From positions 142,529-206,528 of IMG/VR virus record IMGVR_UViG_3300025364_000003: a DNA stretch of 64,000 nt, one strand, 5' to 3'. Each line of letters starts with the position of its first letter. Positions within the stretch are counted from its first letter, which is position 1. Shown piece after piece: positions 8,428 to 17,545 of the stretch. The notes beneath the pieces were generated by a model. The model made no database searches, was not told where the DNA came from, and worked only from the letters and a program-made list of their open reading frames with translations. The position numbers and the translations under genes were made by a program.

Positions 8428-11400
8428 ATGGCAAAAGACTTTCGAGCCAGTCAAGTACAAACAACCCAAATAATCTCTTCGGGATCTTCCGGCACAAATG
8501 CAAGAATTGTTGTCTACCCCGTGGAGAAGCAGTCGGGTGCTAGCCCAAATCAGGGCATAATCGATCCTGACAAGTTTTCAACTGGTTCTATTGGAGTAGA
8601 TACATTTATTTTTGTTTCTGGCGGCATCGGCGAGCGGAACACAATCAATAATTCTATTGCTGTATTCGGTGGTGACGTTCATATTTCTGGTAATCTTACT
8701 TCAGATCAACAAATTTTTGGCGAAGGAGAGAGCCTTTTTAGGTTGGGTGTTGTTGATTATGCTACAACTGAAAACACCTCTTCGAATCCGTTAGTTGCTG
8801 GACAAGTTGCATTTCCTGGTAATGAATTTTCCGGGTCTTCATTAACTCTTAGAGCAATCCTTGCCAATACAACTGGTTCTGGCATTGCAGCTGTAAAACT
8901 TTTTAACCTTGATTCACTAACTTTTGTTGATATTAATGGACCTTCCCAGCAAGAGCTTGCGGTAACTGGTACTACGCCAACTCTTGTTGAATCTGTCAAT
9001 CTATTGAGTGCCTCAGGATTTACGACCGGGTCGTTGGCTCTTTACGAACTTCAGCTGTTTTCAAACAGCAGTACAAACACTGCGCAAGTGGGTGGAGGTG
9101 AACTTCGTCCTTCGGGCTCATTTACCGCCAACACAATTATAACAAGCAGCGTAACCGTCATATCTGGAAATTGGATAGATGACAATAGTCGTTTGAGAAC
9201 CACTGCTTCCGTAGCTATTGATAGTGATGGAAATTTTGCCAATGAGAAAGGTTCCGATAATTATTTTTATGTTTCAGGAACTATAAATTCTTGGACTACA
9301 GCTTCGCTGTTTGGCAATCGCAGCATTTCTGTTTTTGGGGGAGATGTAAGAATCTCTGGTTCTGTAATCGGAGGTTCGGGTTCAGTAATACAAGACAATT
9401 TCCCCGGAGGGACAACTGGAAGTAATTCACCGTTCAACTTTATAGGCGGTGGTGTCAACCACACAATCACTCCGTTCTCAAACGGCCAGGAGACTAGCAC
9501 AGCTGGGACAACTGCAAGAAACTTCATTGGTGCAGGTACGGCAAATACTATCACTCAATCTAGCGATTCCGCTATTGTGGGTGGAAAAAGAAACCAAATT
9601 TCCGAAGGGGTTCTTTCGGGTGCATTTATTGGTGCCGGCAGTTCCAACAGTGTTAACGGCAATGATGCTACACAAGTAGCCGGTTTTGACAATTCAGTTG
9701 GTGGCGATAGAGCATTTGGTGGCGCCGGCGACTCAAATGTTTCAAGTGCTGACGATGGTTTTGTAGGTGCGGGCGCAAACAACGTTGTCGCACTTGGAGC
9801 TAACCGCTCAGCAATCGTAGGCGGAAGCACTAACAATATTCAAAATGGTGATACCGATTCCTTCATTGGGGCAGGTACTTTTAACACTATTGATGCAAAA
9901 AACTCGGCTATTGTAGCTGGCACAAACAACATTGTTGATTTTGATGCAAACCATTCTTTCATTGGCGCAGGTCAAAATAACCGAATTGATACTCTCGGTG
10001 CTACATTATGGGAGGCGATCCTTGTTGGCTCTGGGAACAGAATCCAAGGATTTAGCGCAAATGCTACAAATTACTCTGTTATTCTTGGCGGTCAAAGCAA
10101 TTTGATTGTCAACAGCGCTTCCCTTCTTTATGGATTTGATCTTACAAGTAGTTTTTCTGAGGGGAACACAATCCAGTTTGGTAGCCGAATTTCAGGCAAA
10201 CGCCCATATAGATTTGTAGTTTCGGCTTCCAAAGGTTCCGTTTTTCACGGTGGATTGTCAGGTTCGCTTACAACACTAACCGATGGCAGCCCTTATCTTA
10301 TTGCTGGAACCAATATTACACTCTCAACTGGTTCCAGTGGAGCCGTAACTATCAATTCTACCGGTGGTGGAGGCGGCGCCGACTCAGATTGGACTTTAAC
10401 AGGTTCAACACTCTATACAACTTCATCAATTGTAGTTGGTCAACAAACCACTACCAATCCAATTGGAGAAGATGTATTTTTCTTTGTTTCAGGCACCTTT
10501 GGATCTGGTTCTGCTGTCGATGCAGTTTCCGTATTCGGCGGCGATGTTAGGATTTCTGGTACGTTAGCAGTTGGAACTGGTTCTGTTTTCATTAAGGATG
10601 ACTCCATTTTCTTTGGTTCGGCCTCCATTAGAAATGTTGGAGGTCAACTCCAATTCTTTGATGATAATAATTTAGCTGGACAAACCTTGCAGCAGCTCGC
10701 AACTGGTAGTGGGGGAGGAGAAACATCATCTCTACAACAAGCTTATAATCTAAACAATGTTGTTACTACAAGTGTAGCAAGTGGTTCATTTACATTGTTC
10801 GCAAATGACGACACTCATTCTCCATTTGTGATTAGTGCCAGCGCACACTCCACTGGCGATCCTCCGATTATTGATATAAGAACTGGCACAGGAAGTCCAG
10901 AATTTTTCCGAGTCATCGATACGGCCAATAAAGAATTCATGACCATTGAAAAGGCTGGAAATTTTGATAGCCGTATTAATATGAGGTCAGAGGGTTCTTT
11001 TGGTATTTCATATGGCTGGCTCAACAACACAAACGCTGGAATCGGTCTTAACACAGACAATATACGGTTCCAGGTTAGCTCTGGCGATTCTTTTGAATTC
11101 GTTTCCACTGAAGGCGTCGTCGCCTTTACAATTAGTGCTGGAGGCAGCATTGCTGCATCTTCGATTGTTGCTGGAGTAAGTGTAGCTGTTTCAAGCACGC
11201 TCGGTGTTACAGATACCATTCGTGCCAGAGGCGGGCTTGCGGTTGATCCAGGCGCAAACATTAGCGAAACTACATATGGCACAGATGCTATCATGGTTGT
11301 TTCTGGAGTTGTTGGCGGCAAGGATTCTACTGCAAATTCCACTGCTTTGTTTCTTGGTGATGTTCATATTTCTGGCAACCTTACTGTAGATGGTACAGCA

Positions 11401-12819
11401 CCTGGTGGTGGCGGAAGTTCTTTCTTCTATTCAGATACGGCTAACGTTATTGAACAATCAGGCTCGCTTGAAATGTCAGGCTCTGGGCTTTTCAAGTCTG
11501 GCCTAACTGGTGCCTTAAACGTGCTTCCAGACGGTTCACCGTTTATTGTTGGGGGTGGAGATGTTTCGGTATCTTCGGCTTCCAATGGAAGAATTACAGT
11601 AAGTGCAAATCTGTCAACATCAAGCAGCCTAATCCAGCTTTCTGTTGTCGATTACACAACTACGACTGCCACATCAAGCAATCCAGCAGCTCTTGGACAA
11701 ATCATTTTTGACCCAAGTGATTATACGGGTAACATTATTCTAAAATCAGTTCTTTCAGCAGCTTCTTCATCAGTCACTGCTTCTGTCAGACTTTTCAATG
11801 TAACCTCTGGTGCTCTTGTTCACATTGGAGGAGCAGGTCAGACCGAAATTACCTCGGTTGGCACAACTCCAACAATCGTTGAATCAGTCAACTTGCGTAA
11901 TGCAACCAACTTCTCTGCCGGGGCGGCCATTTACGAATTCCAAGCATTCACCTCGGATGAGTCTCAGCTTGTTACAGTTGGTGGTGGCGAAATCAGGACC
12001 AATGGTTTGGTTGATAAGAGCATTCCTATTACTGGTAGCTTGTTGTCATTTGGTATTGCCGACTATGCTACTACCAATAGCACTTCCTCCAACCCAGAGG
12101 CCGTAGGACAGCTTGTATTTGATCCATCGGAATACACCGGCCCAATTAAACTTAGAGCGGTTCTAGCGTCAACCACAGGCTCTGTGACAGCTTCTATGCG
12201 ACTGTTTAACGTAACTTCGGGCTCGTTGGTTCATATTGGTGGTTCAGGCGTTACAGTGTTGGAAACAACAAGCGTGACACCGGAGTTAGTTGAATCTGTT
12301 AATTTGCGTGACGCCACAAACTTTTCAACAAACCAGGCCATTTATGAACTTCAGCTTTACACAACAACTGGTTCGCAATCTGCCATTGTTGGTAGTGCTG
12401 AGTTTAGAGTGACCGGCTCAGTTACTGCGCCTCCAACAAGACTTAGCCTTGGAAGCTATACTACTACAACAGCAACTTCATCAAATCCACAAGCTGTTGG
12501 TGGTGGTTACTTCGTACCTTCAGAGCATAATACCAACTTGTGTGTTTTCCGAGCTGTTCTTTCTACTACAACAGCTTCAAATACCGCATTTGCACAGCTT
12601 TATAATATAACATCAGGGGCGTTGGTTCATGTGGGCGGACCAGGAATAACAGAACTTTCTTCGTCGGCCAATTCGCCAACCAATGTTGAATCCGTGAACC
12701 TGTTTAACGCAACAAACTTTAACCCAGACACAAGCTCTGTATATGAGGTTCGTGTTTATGGAAGTGGCTCGTCGTCGCCAACAACGACGCTAGTAAATTC
12801 AGAACTGGTGTGTTCTTAA
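8428..12819 (+). CDS. Long repeat-rich tail fibre/adhesin-like virion protein
   Basis: 1463 aa, S/G/T-rich. Four copies of a ~120-aa domain (DY.TT..TSSNP...LFN...VESVNL), four FVSG...FGGDVxISG motifs and YadA-like FIGAG..N.I repeats. Confidence 0.75.
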   Translation: MAKDFRASQVQTTQIISSGSSGTNARIVVYPVEKQSGASPNQGIIDPDKFSTGSIGVDTFIFVSGGIGERNTINNSIAVFGGDVHISGNLTSDQQIFGEGESLFRLGVVDYATTENTSSNPLVAGQVAFPGNEFSGSSLTLRAILANTTGSGIAAVKLFNLDSLTFVDINGPSQQELAVTGTTPTLVESVNLLSASGFTTGSLALYELQLFSNSSTNTAQVGGGELRPSGSFTANTIITSSVTVISGNWIDDNSRLRTTASVAIDSDGNFANEKGSDNYFYVSGTINSWTTASLFGNRSISVFGGDVRISGSVIGGSGSVIQDNFPGGTTGSNSPFNFIGGGVNHTITPFSNGQETSTAGTTARNFIGAGTANTITQSSDSAIVGGKRNQISEGVLSGAFIGAGSSNSVNGNDATQVAGFDNSVGGDRAFGGAGDSNVSSADDGFVGAGANNVVALGANRSAIVGGSTNNIQNGDTDSFIGAGTFNTIDAKNSAIVAGTNNIVDFDANHSFIGAGQNNRIDTLGATLWEAILVGSGNRIQGFSANATNYSVILGGQSNLIVNSASLLYGFDLTSSFSEGNTIQFGSRISGKRPYRFVVSASKGSVFHGGLSGSLTTLTDGSPYLIAGTNITLSTGSSGAVTINSTGGGGGADSDWTLTGSTLYTTSSIVVGQQTTTNPIGEDVFFFVSGTFGSGSAVDAVSVFGGDVRISGTLAVGTGSVFIKDDSIFFGSASIRNVGGQLQFFDDNNLAGQTLQQLATGSGGGETSSLQQAYNLNNVVTTSVASGSFTLFANDDTHSPFVISASAHSTGDPPIIDIRTGTGSPEFFRVIDTANKEFMTIEKAGNFDSRINMRSEGSFGISYGWLNNTNAGIGLNTDNIRFQVSSGDSFEFVSTEGVVAFTISAGGSIAASSIVAGVSVAVSSTLGVTDTIRARGGLAVDPGANISETTYGTDAIMVVSGVVGGKDSTANSTALFLGDVHISGNLTVDGTAPGGGGSSFFYSDTANVIEQSGSLEMSGSGLFKSGLTGALNVLPDGSPFIVGGGDVSVSSASNGRITVSANLSTSSSLIQLSVVDYTTTTATSSNPAALGQIIFDPSDYTGNIILKSVLSAASSSVTASVRLFNVTSGALVHIGGAGQTEITSVGTTPTIVESVNLRNATNFSAGAAIYEFQAFTSDESQLVTVGGGEIRTNGLVDKSIPITGSLLSFGIADYATTNSTSSNPEAVGQLVFDPSEYTGPIKLRAVLASTTGSVTASMRLFNVTSGSLVHIGGSGVTVLETTSVTPELVESVNLRDATNFSTNQAIYELQLYTTTGSQSAIVGSAEFRVTGSVTAPPTRLSLGSYTTTTATSSNPQAVGGGYFVPSEHNTNLCVFRAVLSTTTASNTAFAQLYNITSGALVHVGGPGITELSSSANSPTNVESVNLFNATNFNPDTSSVYEVRVYGSGSSSPTTTLVNSELVCS

Positions 12820-14099
12820 TGGCTGGTAATAAAATCATAGTTCCTGACATTTTTGTATCTTCAAGAACTGAAGACACAAATTCAAATGCTTATAGCACCT
12901 TTCAAGGCGCCTTTAAAGCATGTTGGGATCACCTAAAATACCTCGAAACTTTAGGAATAACTACGGAAATTGCACGAAATCATGGGACTGCTGTAAATGG
13001 TCGTGGACCAGGAACCGGCTGGTGGGACGAACCAACACGTTTTGGTAACAACGGGTGGTCATGTTTTAGATGGAATTCAAACACTAATAGAAGCTGGGAA
13101 TGGTACATGTTTATTCAAAATTGCGATACCGTTGGTCCGACTGGCCCTGGATTACCTGGCTATAGTATTCCTGGAGCTGGTAGTACTCGTGGATTTCATG
13201 TAGCAGCCGCTATTACAATTTCTGGTTCTGTTACATCTAACCCTTGGGGTGGAACCACTGGTTCTCTTGGTTCTGATGCCAAAGGCAGCCCAGTTTGGAT
13301 ATCTGGTTCAAATAATCACAAGCTTTTTGTTTTTCCTGAAGCCAATGGCGTTAGTGGTGTTTTGGGAGATGGAAGAACCAGCACCGATCGTGAAGGACTC
13401 GCTGTGGATAGCGACGCAGGTGGAAATGCCTCACATCGTAGAATAAGCTTTATTACAGATGATGATTCGTTTTTATATATCAGAAACAACGGTCAGGCTG
13501 ATTATTCGATTGGATATTTGGGACTCTACGAGGCTTTTAATCGACAAAATGCTGAAGGAGTTGAGGATACTACAACGCCAAACTTTGTTTGTTATTGGGA
13601 TTTCTCTCCGTCAGACCCATGGGAAGCGTCTAAAGACATTGGAAGTTTGACAGTTGAACCAGGCGACAATGAACAAGGGGCTTGTATTTTGCCGCACGAG
13701 CAAGATAGCCAAATGAGAGGAATACGACTTTTGACTATACCAGATAGTACAGTTGATGGTGTTCATGTTTTGAAATACGGACAAAGGCTGACCAAGCCAA
13801 CGGTTGCATTGCACGATGCAACATTTTCTCTGCGGTCCGCTGGGGTTTTTGAGGCTTCGACACTATATCAAGGAACAGTCGGTAGGTTTGATCCGACTAT
13901 GTTACAGGTTTCGAAAGGAATACCAAATTTTGCTCGTATTACAAATACAAGCATACCCAAAATGGCAATAAACCCACTTCAAAATAGTTCAAATCTTGCA
14001 ACATCTTGGATAATTCCATGGCATCCAGATGCTCCATATCTGGAGAGGCGTGATCGATTTGGTGATAGAAGAAGATACGTTATAACGAGTAGCGGTTAA
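12819..14099 (+). CDS. Putative virion protein, paralog 1 of 3
   Basis: TAATG-coupled start at 12819; motifs WNSNTNRSWEWY and NPWGGTTGSLGSDAKGSPVW shared with 14101 and 15596. Confidence 0.7.
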   Translation: MAGNKIIVPDIFVSSRTEDTNSNAYSTFQGAFKACWDHLKYLETLGITTEIARNHGTAVNGRGPGTGWWDEPTRFGNNGWSCFRWNSNTNRSWEWYMFIQNCDTVGPTGPGLPGYSIPGAGSTRGFHVAAAITISGSVTSNPWGGTTGSLGSDAKGSPVWISGSNNHKLFVFPEANGVSGVLGDGRTSTDREGLAVDSDAGGNASHRRISFITDDDSFLYIRNNGQADYSIGYLGLYEAFNRQNAEGVEDTTTPNFVCYWDFSPSDPWEASKDIGSLTVEPGDNEQGACILPHEQDSQMRGIRLLTIPDSTVDGVHVLKYGQRLTKPTVALHDATFSLRSAGVFEASTLYQGTVGRFDPTMLQVSKGIPNFARITNTSIPKMAINPLQNSSNLATSWIIPWHPDAPYLERRDRFGDRRRYVITSSG

Positions 14100-14100
14100 A

Positions 14101-15339
14101 ATGGCAGGAACAATTAGAGCAAAACTTGACGGATATTTCTTTGGCGAATCCGACGACAACAATGCTAAAGCTGCGTTTAAGTTTGTTTGGGACCATCTAA
14201 AGGAGCTTGAAACACTAGGCATTGTGACCGAAGTCGCTAGAAACAATGGAACTAGCGCAGGCGTAGGCGATACTGGCTGGTGGAACGATAGCAATTCATT
14301 TGGCAACGATTGCTGGGCCGTATTTCGATGGAACGCAAGTTCCAATCGTTCATGGGAATGGTACTTCTATATGCAAGCTGCTGTTAGCTATACAGCGGGA
14401 GTGGGTGCACCAGCGTTAGTTCAAGGTGGTACAAGCATTGATGGTTTAGTGATGGCTGCGGCAATTTCTGCCAATACCGCATCGGGTGTCACGTCTAACC
14501 CCTGGGGCGGAACCACTGGTTCTCTTGGTTCTGATACCAAAGGTGATCCCGTCTGGACTACAGGTTCTGTTGGCGATGGTCTTTTTGTTTTTCCTCGTTC
14601 GAATAATTTAAGTGGTTCGCACAATACAAGCAAGCAAAATTTATGGCTAGCTTCTTCTGAAGCTAGCCATATGCGGGCTCATGTTATTACTGACGAAGAT
14701 AGTTTTCTTGGCATTTTTGGCAACCCGGACGCAGAATCTGACTACTCTTCATATTCTATGAGCTTTATCGGACCATACAAGCCAAACCAAATTATATCTT
14801 CAAGCGTAACCACGCCATTAACTGTTGTACAGGCAACAGAAGATACGCTTGGCATGTTTAATCCAGGCGTAGAACATGGCGGCACAGCGGGATCTGCTGT
14901 TAATTGTGGCGGAGGTATAATTGCAGCAGATAAAATTTCAGTACGAAGTCTTAGAGTTGATTTTCCAAGACCTAATATAGGCAGTGCATTTTTACCCACT
15001 GATCAGTGGGGTTCAGAGATACAAGGACACGTTTCTGGTTCCGATGATGCGAAATGGATTCCTTTAGACCCATTTTTATTTGTTCATAATAATGAACCTG
15101 ATTATCAGGGTTACGTTGGTCAACTTAACAATCAACTAATTAAACTGGTTCGGTATGCACACCTAACACATCGCTCATCAGATGGAACTAAAATAACCTT
15201 TTCTACAAACAGAAACTGGTTTGTTGATTCCATTGGAACTGTTGCAGATAATGTTGTTCTTGTTCCTTGGACTGGCTCTGTTGATGTAGGAAAAAATCTT
15301 GGGATTCGTGATGGTGTATTTAGTGGGAGCATTGGCTAA
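14101..15339 (+). CDS. Putative virion protein, paralog 2 of 3
   Basis: WNASSNRSWEWY; NPWGGTTGSLGSDTKGDPVW. Confidence 0.7.
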   Translation: MAGTIRAKLDGYFFGESDDNNAKAAFKFVWDHLKELETLGIVTEVARNNGTSAGVGDTGWWNDSNSFGNDCWAVFRWNASSNRSWEWYFYMQAAVSYTAGVGAPALVQGGTSIDGLVMAAAISANTASGVTSNPWGGTTGSLGSDTKGDPVWTTGSVGDGLFVFPRSNNLSGSHNTSKQNLWLASSEASHMRAHVITDEDSFLGIFGNPDAESDYSSYSMSFIGPYKPNQIISSSVTTPLTVVQATEDTLGMFNPGVEHGGTAGSAVNCGGGIIAADKISVRSLRVDFPRPNIGSAFLPTDQWGSEIQGHVSGSDDAKWIPLDPFLFVHNNEPDYQGYVGQLNNQLIKLVRYAHLTHRSSDGTKITFSTNRNWFVDSIGTVADNVVLVPWTGSVDVGKNLGIRDGVFSGSIG

Positions 15340-15593
15340 TGGCTGACTACGAAGGTATAGACACAACTGATTATGAAGCTGAAGTATTTCAAGCTTATTC
15401 TTCGCAACCAGTTAGCTTAAGAAAACGTGACATTTGGGTGGCCGCAGAAACAGCAAGGCAGCCAACTACTACGACAGGTGCTAACGTTGTTAGACTATTT
15501 CGTGGGATAGTCGGAGGACAATTTGTATTTAGCACAGGTAGTCCTCCGACAGGGGCAACAGACGTCGTTGTAATTACTGAGGTTATAGAATAA
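15339..15593 (+). CDS. Small hypothetical protein between paralogs 2 and 3
   Basis: 84 aa, TAATG-coupled. Confidence 0.6.
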   Translation: MADYEGIDTTDYEAEVFQAYSSQPVSLRKRDIWVAAETARQPTTTTGANVVRLFRGIVGGQFVFSTGSPPTGATDVVVITEVIE

Positions 15594-15595
15594 AC

Positions 15596-16858
15596 ATGGC
15601 CGGAACAATCAAAGGAAGGTTGCTTGTATCTTTGTCTAGTAGCGGAGCTGGCGCTGATCAGAAAAACATCGCCTTATTTTACCGCTCTGTTTATGATTTT
15701 CTTAAGGTTCAAGTTGAAACAGAAGGCTATGTTACAGAAATAGCCAATGGCGGAAGCAGCGGAAGTAATATTAGCCCAGGAGCCTTTTCTGTTTGGCGTT
15801 GGAATACCAGTTCTAACAGAAATTGGGAATGGTACATGCTTATTCAGTTTACTTCTGGAAGCACTGTACCTTCAAGTCGTTTGCCAGTTAATATTGAAGG
15901 TTTCGGTAGCACATTTAACAACATGGGTTTTGGCGCCGCTGTTGGCATAAATCACATATCTGGTAGTTATACATTCTTTAATCCATGGAATGGAACTACT
16001 GGTTCTTTTGGCTCTGACAGTAAAGGCAACCCTGTTTGGGGTACGACCGCTTCAAATCCTTTGGCAGACGTACATCTTTCTGTTATGCCGAGGAGCAATA
16101 TTAGTGGTAGTAGGATTATCAGTAACGCAGGAGCAACTACCTTTTGGGACGAACGTTCTGATTTAGCTGGATTTGCGAGTGGCTTTACGGGTCAGTACAA
16201 CAATGGACTGATGTTAAACATGTTTGCTGACGAAGACAGCATCATGGTTTTGGTAAAAGATGATGATTCAAACGATCACGGTCATATATACATTGGCCCA
16301 TATGATCCGCTACCAAGTTTGTCTGCTTCAGTTCCCGCCCCACTGATGATGTATAGGAAACTTTGGGCAGAGTCTAGTGACTTATTTGACAACAGTGACA
16401 CTATTTGGAGCAATATAAGAGCTGGAACAGCATGTACTGTTTTCCCAATGAGCAACACTCTATCAAGCTCAGAGCTTTTCCTCCCAACTTGTGGGATAAT
16501 GCCCACCTTTGCCCCCTTGTTTGGAACTATTCAGCCGAACAAGCAAGCTCAAATTGCTTTGAATACCACTTCAAGCTTTTATGAGTCAACACCAATTTTT
16601 ATTCATAGACTCGAACGTCCATTTGGAATGGTTGGTATGTTTAGAAGTCAATTGTTGCGCCTTATTTCTGGGGTGGGAGGGGATACTTTTCGGTATGCCA
16701 CTAGTAATAGTGGTTCCAGTGCGCTAAGAAGAGCATTTTTTCCCGTTGATAACATAAGTGAGGAAGCTGGCACATATTCGACACCTTGGTCGGGCTCATT
16801 GTTGCCCAACACTGGGTCAGGTGTTTTTACAACCATTTCTGGCGGATTCATATTTTAG
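15596..16858 (+). CDS. Putative virion protein, paralog 3 of 3
   Basis: WNTSSNRNWEWY; NPWNGTTGSFGSDSKGNPVW. Confidence 0.7.
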   Translation: MAGTIKGRLLVSLSSSGAGADQKNIALFYRSVYDFLKVQVETEGYVTEIANGGSSGSNISPGAFSVWRWNTSSNRNWEWYMLIQFTSGSTVPSSRLPVNIEGFGSTFNNMGFGAAVGINHISGSYTFFNPWNGTTGSFGSDSKGNPVWGTTASNPLADVHLSVMPRSNISGSRIISNAGATTFWDERSDLAGFASGFTGQYNNGLMLNMFADEDSIMVLVKDDDSNDHGHIYIGPYDPLPSLSASVPAPLMMYRKLWAESSDLFDNSDTIWSNIRAGTACTVFPMSNTLSSSELFLPTCGIMPTFAPLFGTIQPNKQAQIALNTTSSFYESTPIFIHRLERPFGMVGMFRSQLLRLISGVGGDTFRYATSNSGSSALRRAFFPVDNISEEAGTYSTPWSGSLLPNTGSGVFTTISGGFIF

Positions 16859-16859
16859 T

Positions 16860-17519
16860 TTATAAATTGAAAATAATGAACGGTTCTGGCCTGGGTCCTA
16901 GCACCATCATTCTTACATGTTCTATGTCTTCTTCAGTAATTGAACCTCTTCGTCCATTGTTGTGAGGATACATCACTGACTGAATTTCTCTATCATGATG
17001 CAGTCCAAGTGCATGACCAAATTCATGTATAGCGGTACTTAAAACCCTGTCGTCGGGTATTCCAACGTGTAGTTGAATTTTGCTTCTTGCAATTGACATT
17101 TTTATTCCAAAAAAATCATGTCGAAAATAACGATGAGCCAAACCAAAAAGTTGGTAACCACATTCATTTTGCGGTAGCGGTTCTTCATTTATCCAAATTG
17201 TATTTTCTTCCATTGTTTCCATTGGAACACTTTCTTCATACGAAAATATATTTAATTCGGTTTCTCGATTCCAGGTTGCAATGGCCTGTTGCACAACTCT
17301 TTTTCGTTTTTCTCTCATAGAATAATCAACAATGACTCGTATTGGGAAAGCTTCTTGATTCCATAAAACTGGTTGTCCGAAGTCGTTTTCAATGACATTG
17401 GCAAAATCAGCAGATGGCACATTATGATTTTCATTGCAGTGCGAAGGTGTCGTTTCGGCATGTGTCGGAACGCAACCAGATGCTAAAGCAATAAATAAAA
17501 ATGCAAAGTTTTTCAACAT
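16860..17519 (-). CDS. Matrixin/M10-like zinc metallopeptidase, probable lipoprotein
   Basis: HEFGHALGLHH (HExxHxxGxxH) plus Met-turn SVMYP. From ATG 17519: MLKNFAFLFIALASGC, a signal peptide with lipobox. Confidence 0.85.
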   Translation of the reverse strand: MLKNFAFLFIALASGCVPTHAETTPSHCNENHNVPSADFANVIENDFGQPVLWNQEAFPIRVIVDYSMREKRKRVVQQAIATWNRETELNIFSYEESVPMETMEENTIWINEEPLPQNECGYQLFGLAHRYFRHDFFGIKMSIARSKIQLHVGIPDDRVLSTAIHEFGHALGLHHDREIQSVMYPHNNGRRGSITEEDIEHVRMMVLGPRPEPFIIFNL

Positions 17520-17545
17520 GTTCTTAAATATATAAAACCTACTTA

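Noticed and set aside
8612-16851. Many short alternative-frame and antisense ORFs inside the fibre and paralog genes
   Set aside because: Expected shadows of stop-poor S/G/T-rich genes; no SD or family motif.
12819-16858. Diversity-generating retroelement template/variable repeats
   Set aside because: Differences between the repeats are not adenine-specific, both copies are coding, and no reverse transcriptase is in the window.
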